IMG/VR virus record: IMGVR_UViG_3300011115_000717
Location: 32,001-96,000 of that record
Source: a virus
DNA length: 64,000 nt
Reading direction: 5' to 3' (one strand)
Of this stretch, positions 10,128 to 20,090 are shown one piece after another. The notes beneath the pieces were generated by a model, which ran no database searches, was not told the DNA's origin, and saw only the letters and a program-made list of their open reading frames with translations. The translations under genes were made by a program, and so were the position numbers. Within the stretch, counting starts at the first letter, position 1. Each line of letters opens with the position of its first letter.

Positions 10128-11098
10128 AAATTGCTTTAGTTGGTCCTGGTATTATGGAAATTCCACCCAAAAATTGGGGTGCAGTTGAATCATTGATTTG
10201 GGATTATTCAGAATATTTAAAAGAAAAAAATATTGAAGTAGATATCATTAATAATCCAGATCTTCATTTAGTAGCAAATCATTTAAATAGAACACATTAT
10301 GATTTTATACATGTACAATATGATGACCACGCAGGTCCTCTAAGCAAATTATTAACCAAACCATTTTGTAGTACTGCGCATTATGGTTACATTAAAGAGC
10401 ATCATTCTAATTATGGTAATTGGGATTATGTCTATCAAGGTTTTTTAAAAAGCCCAGGTATCATATCATTATCTCCAGAAATAACTAAACTCATTAAAGA
10501 ATCAGGTTATAAAGGATTTATACGTACTTTACGAAATGGGTCAAGAACTAAAGATTTTAAATTTTCTGATAATCCAACCAAAGAAGCAGTATGTTTAGGT
10601 AAAATTGAAACCAGAAAAAGACAAGCTGATCTTGCTAATGTGTGCCAAAATAAATGTATGGTGGATTTTATCGGTCCTATTGCTGATAATAGATTTAAAG
10701 AAAATAATACATGTAAATATGGTGGTGTGTGGACTAAAGCTGAGTTGTATGAAAATTTAACTAATTATCGATGTTTGGTATTATTAAGTAATGGGGAAGC
10801 TGCGCCACTGGCAGTAACGGAAGCTTTAGCTGCCGGGTTAAGTATTGTTGTTTCCGAAACCGCTGCAGGTAATCTTGATAGAACTTTACCCTTTATCTAT
10901 GTTATACCTGATGGCTGTTTAAATGATTCTGTAGTACCTATTGTACAAAAAGCTATTTGGAACAACGATAAATATAGAACAGATATTAGACAATATGCTG
11001 TAGAATATTTTGATTGGTCTGTGATCTGTGATGAATATATTAATATAGCCAAGGATTTTATAAATGAAAATTGCGTTTCTGACAATAGCCACATATAA
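10124..11098 (+). CDS. GT4-like glycosyltransferase (paralog B)
   Basis: MKIALVGPGIMEIPP identical to the 8375 gene; EAAPLAVTEALAAGL. Confidence 0.78.
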   Translation: MKIALVGPGIMEIPPKNWGAVESLIWDYSEYLKEKNIEVDIINNPDLHLVANHLNRTHYDFIHVQYDDHAGPLSKLLTKPFCSTAHYGYIKEHHSNYGNWDYVYQGFLKSPGIISLSPEITKLIKESGYKGFIRTLRNGSRTKDFKFSDNPTKEAVCLGKIETRKRQADLANVCQNKCMVDFIGPIADNRFKENNTCKYGGVWTKAELYENLTNYRCLVLLSNGEAAPLAVTEALAAGLSIVVSETAAGNLDRTLPFIYVIPDGCLNDSVVPIVQKAIWNNDKYRTDIRQYAVEYFDWSVICDEYINIAKDFINENCVSDNSHI

Positions 11099-11771
11099 AT
11101 ATGCTGCGTATGCTTTTAATTTGATTGAGAGTTTAAATAAATATGCATTTACTGATACCACAAATGATATATCTTTAATAGTTTGTAGTGATCATAACAT
11201 TGTGTTTGACAATAATAAAAGGGTAAAAGGATATGTTCAACATATTACACATATACCATTTCCGTTAATTTCTTTAATGAGGTATCATTATTACTCAAAT
11301 CTAGAATTAATATTACAAGAATATGATTATGTATATCATATTGATTGTGATATGCAGTTAAATGATGTAGTATCAAATGAAATTTTAAGTAATACTGTAT
11401 GTGTTGAACATCCTGGGTTTCTTGGTGATATATCACACGAACAACTTCCCTTTGATAGAACAAACAACAGCAATGCATATGTTTCATTTACTTCTGGAAA
11501 AAAATATTACCAAAATTGTTTTCAAGGCGGTAAAACTTCTTTATTTTTAAAAATGTGCACAGAATTAAAACATAAAATTGAAGAAGATCTTCGTAACAAT
11601 TATATTGCTTTGTGGCACGATGAAAGTTATATGAATAGATATATGGTAGATAATCCACCAGATTTAGTATTACCATTTGTATATGCATATCCAGAATTAT
11701 ATGATCTAGGACCTATTAAAAAAATTATTCATTTGCATAAAAATCATTTAGAAATTAGAAAAACAAATTAA
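11064..11771 (+). CDS. Glycosyltransferase family 6 (ABO-type fold)
   Basis: KIAFLTIATYKY, IDCDM, EHPGF, YYQNCFQGG, ALWHDESYMNRY. Confidence 0.88.
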   Translation: MKIAFLTIATYKYAAYAFNLIESLNKYAFTDTTNDISLIVCSDHNIVFDNNKRVKGYVQHITHIPFPLISLMRYHYYSNLELILQEYDYVYHIDCDMQLNDVVSNEILSNTVCVEHPGFLGDISHEQLPFDRTNNSNAYVSFTSGKKYYQNCFQGGKTSLFLKMCTELKHKIEEDLRNNYIALWHDESYMNRYMVDNPPDLVLPFVYAYPELYDLGPIKKIIHLHKNHLEIRKTN

Positions 11772-11779
11772 TAAATTAT

Positions 11780-12760
11780 ATGAAACAAAAAATTGCAATT
11801 ATAAGTGGTGTCAACGGTCAAGATGGTTCTTATTTATCAGAACATCTTTTAAGTTTGGATTATCTAGTTATAGGACTCAAACGAAGAACAAGTACTATTA
11901 CCACTGAAAGAATTGATAATATCTATAATAATCCAAACTTTAAATTGGAATATTATGATTTAAACGATGCATCTGCTTGTTACAAATATATAAATCAATA
12001 CCAACCCAACGAAATTTATAACCTTGCAGCTCAGTCTCATGTAAAGGTTTCTTTTGATATCCCAACTAACACAGTAGATGGAATTGTTCATGGTACATTA
12101 AATTGGCTTGAAGCAATAAGAAATACCAATACTTCTATTAAATTTTATCAAGCATCTTCTTCTGAAATGTTTGGTGATAGTCCAATTACAGAAGATACAG
12201 GATATAATGAAGATTCACCTTTAGTCCCTGTCTCTCCATATGCGGCTGCAAAAGTATGTGCACATAACTTGGTGAATATTTACAGAAGATCATACGGATT
12301 ACACGCCTGTTCGGGTATTTTGTTTAACCATGAATCCCCAAGGCGTGGTGAGACATTTGTTACCAGAAAGATTACTCTTGCTGCAGCCAAGATAAAACTT
12401 GGTTTACAAAACAAACTATATTTGGGTAATCTAACAGCAAAAAGAGATTGGGGATTTGCTGGTGATTATGTAAAAGCCATGCATCTTATGTTACAACATC
12501 ATATTCCAGCTGATTATATAATTGCAACGGGAAAAACACATTCTATTCAAGAATTTGTAAAAGAAGTATTTGATTATGCTTCGTTAGACTATAATGAATA
12601 TGTTGTGGTTGATTCAAAACTTTTTAGACCAATTGAAGTCCCTTATTTGCTTGGAAATTCAAGTAAAGCTCAAACCGATTTAGGGTGGAAACCTGTGATT
12701 GATATGAAACAATTAGCGCACATGATGTATGATGCAGATTTAAAATTATTACAGACTTGA
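11780..12760 (+). CDS. gmd: GDP-mannose 4,6-dehydratase
   Basis: GVNGQDGSYL, YNLAAQSHVKVSF, YQASSSEMFG, PYAAAK, NHESPRRGETFVTRKI, RDWGFAGDY. Confidence 0.95.
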   Translation: MKQKIAIISGVNGQDGSYLSEHLLSLDYLVIGLKRRTSTITTERIDNIYNNPNFKLEYYDLNDASACYKYINQYQPNEIYNLAAQSHVKVSFDIPTNTVDGIVHGTLNWLEAIRNTNTSIKFYQASSSEMFGDSPITEDTGYNEDSPLVPVSPYAAAKVCAHNLVNIYRRSYGLHACSGILFNHESPRRGETFVTRKITLAAAKIKLGLQNKLYLGNLTAKRDWGFAGDYVKAMHLMLQHHIPADYIIATGKTHSIQEFVKEVFDYASLDYNEYVVVDSKLFRPIEVPYLLGNSSKAQTDLGWKPVIDMKQLAHMMYDADLKLLQT

Positions 12761-12784
12761 CATTTACACCATTTGTGGTATAAT
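12757..12784 (+). promoter_or_regulatory. Sigma70-type promoter TTGACA-N16-TATAAT with extended -10 TG
   Basis: Consensus hexamers ending 6 nt before the gp55 ATG. Confidence 0.8.
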
Positions 12785-12790
12785 TGACTA

Positions 12791-13369
12791 ATGGCAAAGG
12801 ACAAAATAAAAAAATCAAAGAAACCAAAAAGCAAAGATGGAGATTACGTTGATAACTCTGTCTTGTATCAAGAGTTAGTTGAATATAAAAAGAAAAAGAA
12901 TGATGCAGAAAACTCTGGTAAAAAGAAACCAAAGTTACCTGATTATGTTGGTGACGCAATTTTAAAAATTGCAAACCGATTATCTTTTCGCCCAAACTTT
13001 GCCAATTATACCTACCGGGAAGAAATGGTATCGGATGCAGTTTTAAACTGTGTTACCTATATTGATAATTTTGATCCAGATATTTCTAAATCCCCATTCG
13101 GATATTTGACCCAGATATGCTGGTTCTCGTTTGTTCGTATAATCAACAAAGAGAAAAAAGAAAAGTATATTCAATTTAAAGTTGCTCAAAACCAAAATAA
13201 CCCAGAGTTTCATAGATGGTTTAATGAAACTTTTTCTGGAGTCGAAAATGGGTTTAAGGATGCATTTGGTATTGGTGAACCAGAAGTAGAAAAAATGGAT
13301 AAACTGCTTGAAGGTAAAAGAAAAGGTCGAAAGAAGAAGACCCAAGATGGAGGTTCCTTGAATGTGTAA
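12791..13369 (+). CDS. gp55: T4-like late-transcription sigma factor
   Basis: YVDN, KIANRLSFRPNFANYTYREEMVSDA, NFDPDISKSPFGYLTQICWFSFVRII; directly upstream of gp47. Confidence 0.92.
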   Translation: MAKDKIKKSKKPKSKDGDYVDNSVLYQELVEYKKKKNDAENSGKKKPKLPDYVGDAILKIANRLSFRPNFANYTYREEMVSDAVLNCVTYIDNFDPDISKSPFGYLTQICWFSFVRIINKEKKEKYIQFKVAQNQNNPEFHRWFNETFSGVENGFKDAFGIGEPEVEKMDKLLEGKRKGRKKKTQDGGSLNV

Positions 13370-14420
13370 AGCGATTATCTTGAATGATAGTCACTTTGGA
13401 TTCAAAGGTGATTCCACTGTTGTAAACGAATACTTTATTCGGTTCTTTGAGGAACAACTGTTTCCTTATATCGAAGAACATAAAATTCAATATGTATTTC
13501 ATTTGGGCGATTTGTTTGATCGCCGAAAGTATATTAATTTTAGAACTCTAAATCAAGTTCGAGAAAGAGTATTTGATGTCTTTGAAAAGTTGGGTACAGA
13601 GAACCACATTATCTGTGGAAATCATGATACCTTTTTCAGAAATAATAATTCATTAAATTCATTAACTGAAATGTTGTCCAAGTATAAAAACTGGACGGTA
13701 TATTCGGAACCAACAGACTTACAGTTTGGTCCAAACAAAGAATATTCAGTAGCATTGCTTCCGTGGATCAATTCTGAGAATGAAGATCGATCAGGTACTT
13801 TTATCAAAGAAAGCAATTCTACGATCTTATTGGGTCACCTTGAGTTAGCTGGCTTTCAAAGTATTCGTGGTGTCTTTATTGATGCGGGTTACGATCCCAC
13901 ATACTTTAGTCGTTATGAGTATGTGTTAACCGGACATTATCATGTATCTTCTCGTAGAGATAATATTCATTATCTTGGTACACAATATCAAATGGCTTTC
14001 TCAGATGTATGGGAGAAAAAAGGATTCCATGTATTTGATTTTGCAACCCGAGAACTTGAGTTCATTGAGAACCCAATGAAACTTTTTTATACCATAGACT
14101 ATAACGAAGATGAGAAACTAAAATTAGACTATGAAACATACAAAGATTCATATGTTAAAATCTTTGTAAAGAAGAAGACTAAACCACTTCCTTTTGAAAA
14201 GTTTATAGATAAATTTTATGAAGCCGGAGTTGCTGACTTATCTATCTCAGAAGAAGTTCCACAAACAACAGAAGCTCTTGATATTGATATAGAAAAAGAT
14301 ACTCTACAGTTGTTGTATGAAGAGATCAACAACATAGAAGAGAAACTTGACAAAAACTTCTTACATGATATTATCACTACAACATATCAAACTGCACTCG
14401 TAGGTGACATAGATGATTGA
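13362..14420 (+). CDS. gp47: Recombination endonuclease subunit (Mre11/SbcD-like)
   Basis: DSHFG, LGDLFDRRK, GNHD, GHLE, GHYH phosphoesterase motifs. Confidence 0.95.
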   Translation: MCKAIILNDSHFGFKGDSTVVNEYFIRFFEEQLFPYIEEHKIQYVFHLGDLFDRRKYINFRTLNQVRERVFDVFEKLGTENHIICGNHDTFFRNNNSLNSLTEMLSKYKNWTVYSEPTDLQFGPNKEYSVALLPWINSENEDRSGTFIKESNSTILLGHLELAGFQSIRGVFIDAGYDPTYFSRYEYVLTGHYHVSSRRDNIHYLGTQYQMAFSDVWEKKGFHVFDFATRELEFIENPMKLFYTIDYNEDEKLKLDYETYKDSYVKIFVKKKTKPLPFEKFIDKFYEAGVADLSISEEVPQTTEALDIDIEKDTLQLLYEEINNIEEKLDKNFLHDIITTTYQTALVGDIDD

Positions 14421-16134
14421 ATTCAAAAAAATACGTATTAAAAACTTTGGATCATTTGGTAACTCGTTTTCCGAGATTGAGTTGGATAACTATAAGTTAA
14501 CTCTTGTAACAGGTACCAATGGACACGGTAAGTCATTTGCGTTTTTAGATTCAATAACCTTTGCACTCTTTGGTAAGCCATTTCGTCCTGTAAATATTCC
14601 TCAACTAATCAATAGTATCAATAATAAAAATTGTGTTGTTGAGATTGACTTTTTCAAGGGTAAGACCAAATATATGGTCAGACGGGGATTAGCCCCTAAA
14701 ATTTTTGAAATCTATAAGGATGACATTTTATTAGACCAAAATGCCAAATCTAAAGATTATCAGGAGATGTTAGAGCAAAATATTTTAAGTTTTGGTTATG
14801 CTGCTTTTAAGCAGGTAGTTATTCTGGGGAAAAGCTCTTTTACGCCCTTCATGCAATTAACCCCCGCAGAGCGCAGAAAGATCATAGAAGGGCTCCTGGA
14901 CCTCGATATCCTTGCTGAAATGGCAACGGTGGTGAAGGGCAAACTCTCAGATCTTAAAGGACACATTCAAACTACTCAAAGTTTGATGACCATTACGAAT
15001 GAAAAATTAAAGTCCCAAAAAGAGATACAAAAGCAGGTTAAACAAAATTACGATGATTTGATAGATCGAAATAATAATAAAATTGCAGAACTTCATGCAA
15101 AAGATAGTGTTCTGGTAGCCGCATATAATACAGCAACCAGTACTTTAAATGATTTAAAGACTAAAAGTACGGAATTAGACAAAAAGATCTTTAAATTTAA
15201 GAATTTTGTTTCTATAGAAAGTAAATTGTCTGTACAATATGAGACGTTATGTGCAGAAATATTAACAACTGAATCACAACAGTCATGTAGTTGCTGTGGT
15301 CAAGATTTGACCGAAGCAGTTAAATGTGAAATTTTGAGTTCTAAGTATAGTAGACGAGACGAGTATAAAACGGCACTGGAAGAGGTTTCTGTAAAACTCA
15401 AAGAACTTACCGAATTGGAGGAAACAAAAGAGGAATTACAGACAGTGTTGAAGAAGGCAGTAATGGACCAGACCATGGCTACTAGGGAAAAGCAAATTCT
15501 CCAAAACCGTATTGAAGAATTAACGGAAGAAAATGCTGATCTTGAAACGAAGCATCTGGACAACAACGAAATTTATGATACAATCAAAACTACCGAGCAA
15601 GAGATTAAGAGTCAAACGAAAATTTATCAAACGGCAATCAAAGAGCAGATTCATTATGATGTTGTGTATGATCTTCTGCGTGATGGCGGCTTAAAAAGTA
15701 AGATCATTCGACACTATGTTCCGGTCATCAATAATTTTGTTAATAAATATCTAGAGAAACTGAATCTATATGTTGATTTTAATTTGAACCAAGAATTCAA
15801 AGAAACAATCAAATCAAGATATAGAGATGAGTTTTCCTATCTGTCCTTCTCAGAAGGAGAGAAGCAAAGAATTGATTTAGCAATTTTGATGACTTGGCGA
15901 GAGATAGCAAAGATGAAGAATAGTTTAAACTGCAACCTATTGATATTTGATGAAATACTTGATTCATCATTAGATGCAACGGGAACTGAAAACTTCTTAA
16001 AGATACTGACCAAAATGAAAAACAAATGCTCAGTTTTTATCATCTCACACAAGAGTGATCAACTCATTGATAAATTTGATCAAGGAATACAGATAGAGAA
16101 GAAAAATAATTTCTCTAGAATAAAAACAACGTAA
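14413..16134 (+). CDS. gp46: Recombination ATPase subunit (Rad50/SbcC-like)
   Basis: GTNGHGKS Walker A, coiled coil with CxxC hook, SFSEGEKQRID signature, LLIFDE Walker B. Confidence 0.95.
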   Translation: MIEFKKIRIKNFGSFGNSFSEIELDNYKLTLVTGTNGHGKSFAFLDSITFALFGKPFRPVNIPQLINSINNKNCVVEIDFFKGKTKYMVRRGLAPKIFEIYKDDILLDQNAKSKDYQEMLEQNILSFGYAAFKQVVILGKSSFTPFMQLTPAERRKIIEGLLDLDILAEMATVVKGKLSDLKGHIQTTQSLMTITNEKLKSQKEIQKQVKQNYDDLIDRNNNKIAELHAKDSVLVAAYNTATSTLNDLKTKSTELDKKIFKFKNFVSIESKLSVQYETLCAEILTTESQQSCSCCGQDLTEAVKCEILSSKYSRRDEYKTALEEVSVKLKELTELEETKEELQTVLKKAVMDQTMATREKQILQNRIEELTEENADLETKHLDNNEIYDTIKTTEQEIKSQTKIYQTAIKEQIHYDVVYDLLRDGGLKSKIIRHYVPVINNFVNKYLEKLNLYVDFNLNQEFKETIKSRYRDEFSYLSFSEGEKQRIDLAILMTWREIAKMKNSLNCNLLIFDEILDSSLDATGTENFLKILTKMKNKCSVFIISHKSDQLIDKFDQGIQIEKKNNFSRIKTT

Positions 16135-16139
16135 CCGTC

Positions 16140-16328
16140 ATGAACCCAGAAAATTTTGAAAAATTTAATAACCGTCCGAATCAGAAGATGTTTAAGTCAC
16201 AAAACGGAAAGAAGCGCAATCAGCGTGAACGCCGTAATAATCGGTATCAAGTAAAAAATATAATAAATGACTTGATTGTTAATGTGGATCCAGTGTATAA
16301 TAAGCCTAATCATAATGACGAAAACTAA
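16140..16328 (+). CDS. Small basic hypothetical protein
   Basis: 62-aa Arg/Asn-rich ORF filling the gp46-gp45 gap. Confidence 0.5.
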   Translation: MNPENFEKFNNRPNQKMFKSQNGKKRNQRERRNNRYQVKNIINDLIVNVDPVYNKPNHNDEN

Positions 16329-16977
16329 ATTAAAACTATCGCGTACCACACTCAGTATTTTAAAAAATCTAGCCGGAATCAATTCTAACTTATTGATTAA
16401 GCCGGGTAATGTAATCAAGACGGTTTCACCAAGCAAGACTTTGTTTGTTGAAGCCCAAGTCGAAGAAGACTTTCCGGTTGAGGTTGCTATCTGGGATCTT
16501 GGACAGTTCCTTGGAGTAGTTAGCCTGTTTCAAGATCCAGAGTTTGAGTTTGATGACAATTGTGTAACAGTTCAATCAAATAACTCTGCAGTAAAGTATT
16601 TCTATTCTGCTCCTGCCCTACTAACTGTTCCTACAAAGAACTTGATCATGCCTGCAGTATTGTATGAGTTTCCACTCACACAGGCTACTTTTTCTGAACT
16701 AAGCAAGGCATCTGCAGTGCTACAAGTCAGTGATCTTGAAATGCGTGGAGAAGATGGTGTAGTCTCTCTTACCGTATCTAAGAAGAATGATCCTAGTTCC
16801 AACTCATATACAGTAAATGTAGGCAAAACCGACGGTGATTTTTCTTATACTCTTGATATGTCAAATCTAAAGTTACTTCAGGGTGATTACACTGTATCTC
16901 TAACCGATACTGTTGTAAGTCGTTTTGCCCATGATACTATGAGTCTGAATTATTATATCGCCGTCGAAAAGAACTGA
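16315..16977 (+). CDS. gp45: Sliding clamp
   Basis: KLSRTTLSILKNLAGINSNL, AIWDLGQFL, LKLLQGDYTV, YYIAVE; synteny; start taken at MTKTKLKL. Confidence 0.92.
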   Translation: MTKTKLKLSRTTLSILKNLAGINSNLLIKPGNVIKTVSPSKTLFVEAQVEEDFPVEVAIWDLGQFLGVVSLFQDPEFEFDDNCVTVQSNNSAVKYFYSAPALLTVPTKNLIMPAVLYEFPLTQATFSELSKASAVLQVSDLEMRGEDGVVSLTVSKKNDPSSNSYTVNVGKTDGDFSYTLDMSNLKLLQGDYTVSLTDTVVSRFAHDTMSLNYYIAVEKN

Positions 16978-16984
16978 GGTAACT

Positions 16985-17938
16985 GTGAGTAATGTTTCCG
17001 ATATTTCGGATTTGATTTGGGTCGAAAAGTATCGTCCAAAATCAATAAATGATTGTATTCTTCCCCATAGCCTGAAAAGCACATTTGAAGGCATTGTAAA
17101 AAACAAGAAGATGCCCAATTTGATGCTATGTGGTAAACCCGGTACAGGGAAAACCACAGTAGCACGGGCTTTGTGTAATGAATTGGATATTGACTATATT
17201 ATCATCAACTGCTCCGAGCAGAATGGTATTGATACCCTACGAACAACAATTCGTTCGTATGCATCAACCAAAGCATTGAATGGTAACAAAAAGGTTATTA
17301 TTCTTGATGAGTTTGACTATGCAAATCCTCAGTCTATGCAGCCAGCACTACGCGGTGCAATGGAAGAGTTTGCAGTCAATTGTAATTTTATTTTGACATG
17401 TAATTACAAAAGTAGAATTATTGATCCGATTCACAGTCGCTGTACTGTTATTGATTTTGTATTCCCACCCAATGACCGATCTGTAATTGCATTAAAAATG
17501 CTTGGTAGATGTCAGCATATACTAAAGTCTGAAAAGATCAAGGGTGAACCAGAAGTTTTGGCGAGTCTCATTGTCAAACATTTTCCCGATTTTAGACGGG
17601 TTATCAATGAGATGCAAAGATATTCGGCACATGGTGAGATTGATATCGGTATTCTTACCAATACAGAAGACAGCGATATTAAAGAATTGATTGCGTTCAT
17701 GCGCAAGAAAGACTTTGGTTCTTGTCGTAAGTGGGTTGCTACGAGTTCAGAAACAGGCTCTCCTGATTTTTATAGAAAGATCTATGATATCCTGTATAAC
17801 TGTCTCAAAAAGCCTTCTATCCCATCAATGATTCTGATTATCTCGGATTATCAATACAAATCTGCATTTGTGGCTGATCAAGAAATCAATAACATGGCAA
17901 TGATTTGTCAGTTAATGATGGAATGTGAGTTTGAATAA
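16985..17938 (+). CDS. gp44: Clamp loader large subunit
   Basis: WVEKYRP, GKPGTGKTT, IILDEFD, HSRC, FPDFRR. Confidence 0.95.
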   Translation: MSNVSDISDLIWVEKYRPKSINDCILPHSLKSTFEGIVKNKKMPNLMLCGKPGTGKTTVARALCNELDIDYIIINCSEQNGIDTLRTTIRSYASTKALNGNKKVIILDEFDYANPQSMQPALRGAMEEFAVNCNFILTCNYKSRIIDPIHSRCTVIDFVFPPNDRSVIALKMLGRCQHILKSEKIKGEPEVLASLIVKHFPDFRRVINEMQRYSAHGEIDIGILTNTEDSDIKELIAFMRKKDFGSCRKWVATSSETGSPDFYRKIYDILYNCLKKPSIPSMILIISDYQYKSAFVADQEINNMAMICQLMMECEFE

Positions 17939-18318
17939 TGCAATTAAAAGACTTTCTGAATAGTATCAATTCATCTAAAGAAAACCTATTAGATGCAGAT
18001 GTCAAATCAGAAAAATTGTATTTACCGTTTATTGTAAATAAATGTCTATCATATTTTCCAGATACATTATTTACAGTAAATCAGATTAATCAGGTACCTC
18101 ATATTGATAAAAAAATGCAATATGATTATTTGTTATACTCTGTTCGAGCCAAGAAGCGATTTGCTCCTTGGATTAAAAAGGTAGAAGATTCTAAAATTGA
18201 GTTATTAAAACAAGCCTATCATATTTCTGAAAAGAAAGCCTTAGAGATAGCAGATTTGATTAATGAAGATCAATTAGCTGAAATCCTACAATCGCAGTAT
18301 ACTGGCGGACATAAATAA
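17938..18318 (+). CDS. gp62: Clamp loader small subunit
   Basis: YLPFIVNKCLSYFPDT, QYDYLLYSVRAKKRFAPW; follows gp44. Confidence 0.9.
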   Translation: MQLKDFLNSINSSKENLLDADVKSEKLYLPFIVNKCLSYFPDTLFTVNQINQVPHIDKKMQYDYLLYSVRAKKRFAPWIKKVEDSKIELLKQAYHISEKKALEIADLINEDQLAEILQSQYTGGHK

Positions 18319-18339
18319 CTCTGTTACTGAGGAGTTATT

Positions 18340-18762
18340 ATGTCGATTAATAATGATATATTTAAAGGGGTAGGTGTCCCTGTCAAACTTTTAAAACCAG
18401 ATAATTATTTGGTAATCAAAGAAACACTTGAACGTATTGGGGTTAGCCCCAAAAATAAAAAGGTTCTTTATCAATCATGTCACATTCTTCATAAAAATGA
18501 TAATTATATAATTGCGCATTTTAAAGAATTATTTAAATTAGATAATTTAAAATCAGAAGTATCAGAAGAAGATATATCCCGTCGTAATGCTATTATTAAT
18601 TTATTAGAAGAATGGGATCTGATTGAAGTTCTTGATGAAAGTTTGATGGAAAATATCATGCCAATTAATGGACTAAAAATTCTTCAGTATAGTGAAAGAG
18701 ATACCTGGGATCTTATCCCAAAATTTAATACAGGAACCCTTAGAAAATTTTTCTCGGAGTGA
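18340..18762 (+). CDS. regA: Translational repressor RegA
   Basis: IKETLERIGV, LYQSCHILHK, HFKELFKLD, RRNAIINLLEEWDL. Confidence 0.95.
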   Translation: MSINNDIFKGVGVPVKLLKPDNYLVIKETLERIGVSPKNKKVLYQSCHILHKNDNYIIAHFKELFKLDNLKSEVSEEDISRRNAIINLLEEWDLIEVLDESLMENIMPINGLKILQYSERDTWDLIPKFNTGTLRKFFSE

Positions 18763-18765
18763 ACA

Positions 18766-20046
18766 ATGCATAAAATTACACTGTGTATGATCGTAAAAAA
18801 CGAATCGCATATTATTAAAGAATGTTTGGAGTCAGTTGCAAAGTACATTGATTATTACGTAATCTGTGATACGGGATCAACCGATGCAACCAAGACTATT
18901 ATTAAAGAGTATTTTGATTCAGTCAATATTCCCGGTGAAATCCATGACCACGAATGGGTTGATTTCGGATTTAATAGAACAAAAGCATTTGACCAATGTC
19001 GTGGAAAGACAAAATGGGTCTTGATGATTGATGCTGATGATTATATTGAAGGTAATATGCCTACAAACTTTGATGATACTATTGATGGTTATTCCGTTAA
19101 TATCATGAGAGGTAATTTTCAGTGGAAGCGTGTTCAGATTTTTAATCTTGATAACAAGCACTGGAAATACGAAGAACCAATTCACGAGTATCCAATTGCT
19201 GAACTGCCAATGAATGTACATCACTTGAATGGTGAATATGCATTCCAAGTTCGTACAGCAGGATATCGTACAATTTCTTGTGCAACTCAACAAGAAAAAT
19301 ATTGGAAAGATTATCTTCTATTAGAAGCAGCCTTACTTAAAGATCCAACCTCTTTACGTAAACAATTCTACCTAGCACAATCTGCATTTGATTGCCAGAA
19401 GTTTGATTTAGCTGAACAAGCTTATCAGAAGCGTGTTGATATGGGTGGGTGGAATGAAGAAGTTTTCTTTTCTCAACTTCGTGTAGCCTTTTGCAGAGAA
19501 CTGCAAGGTAAACCTGTTGAAGAAGTTGCAGATGCTTTTCTGAAGTCATGGGAAATTCGACCATCAAGAGCAGAACCTCTTTATCATCTATCTTGTGTCT
19601 ATCGCAAACACGGAAGACCAGCCCCAGCGTTTATGGCTGCTGTTCAAGCGTTATCGATTCCAAAACCAGAAAATGATATTTTGTTTGTAGATTCAGATCC
19701 ATATATTTGGGGAATTTTAGATGAAATTACTTCTACTGCACACAGTGTAGGTAAATTCCATTTAGGGTTACAGGCTGCAGATAGACTATTAAATGAAAGT
19801 TTGATTCCACCGGATCAAATTGAAAGAGTTCAAAAGAATCGGCAAGCATACTACAATAAAGTTATTGAGATTCAGGCACACATTGCTGAACAAAATAAAG
19901 CTAAAGTAGAAGCACAAGCTAAAGTAGATACTAAAGTAATTCCATCTACTACATTAAGTTTGACAAAACCAACTGTAAGTATGTCACCTCCAACAAAAGT
20001 ATATGGGCAGGAACATAAATTCAAGAAAAAGAAAGTAAAAAAATAG
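18766..20046 (+). CDS. GT2 glycosyltransferase with TPR repeats
   Basis: LCMIVKNESHII, DTGSTD, IDADD, IHE; C-terminal helical TPR-like motifs (FYLAQS, PSRAEPLYHL). Confidence 0.88.
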   Translation: MHKITLCMIVKNESHIIKECLESVAKYIDYYVICDTGSTDATKTIIKEYFDSVNIPGEIHDHEWVDFGFNRTKAFDQCRGKTKWVLMIDADDYIEGNMPTNFDDTIDGYSVNIMRGNFQWKRVQIFNLDNKHWKYEEPIHEYPIAELPMNVHHLNGEYAFQVRTAGYRTISCATQQEKYWKDYLLLEAALLKDPTSLRKQFYLAQSAFDCQKFDLAEQAYQKRVDMGGWNEEVFFSQLRVAFCRELQGKPVEEVADAFLKSWEIRPSRAEPLYHLSCVYRKHGRPAPAFMAAVQALSIPKPENDILFVDSDPYIWGILDEITSTAHSVGKFHLGLQAADRLLNESLIPPDQIERVQKNRQAYYNKVIEIQAHIAEQNKAKVEAQAKVDTKVIPSTTLSLTKPTVSMSPPTKVYGQEHKFKKKKVKK

Positions 20047-20090
20047 TATCTAGTACGATCTAAATATTATACTAAGCCATACATTTATGT

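Noticed and set aside
2-12760. Island read as a DNA-glucosylation system or as host chromosome
   Set aside because: The families present are surface-glycan types, not T4 alpha/beta-glucosyltransferases, and the island runs directly into the gp55 promoter; only read-level data could fully exclude a chimera
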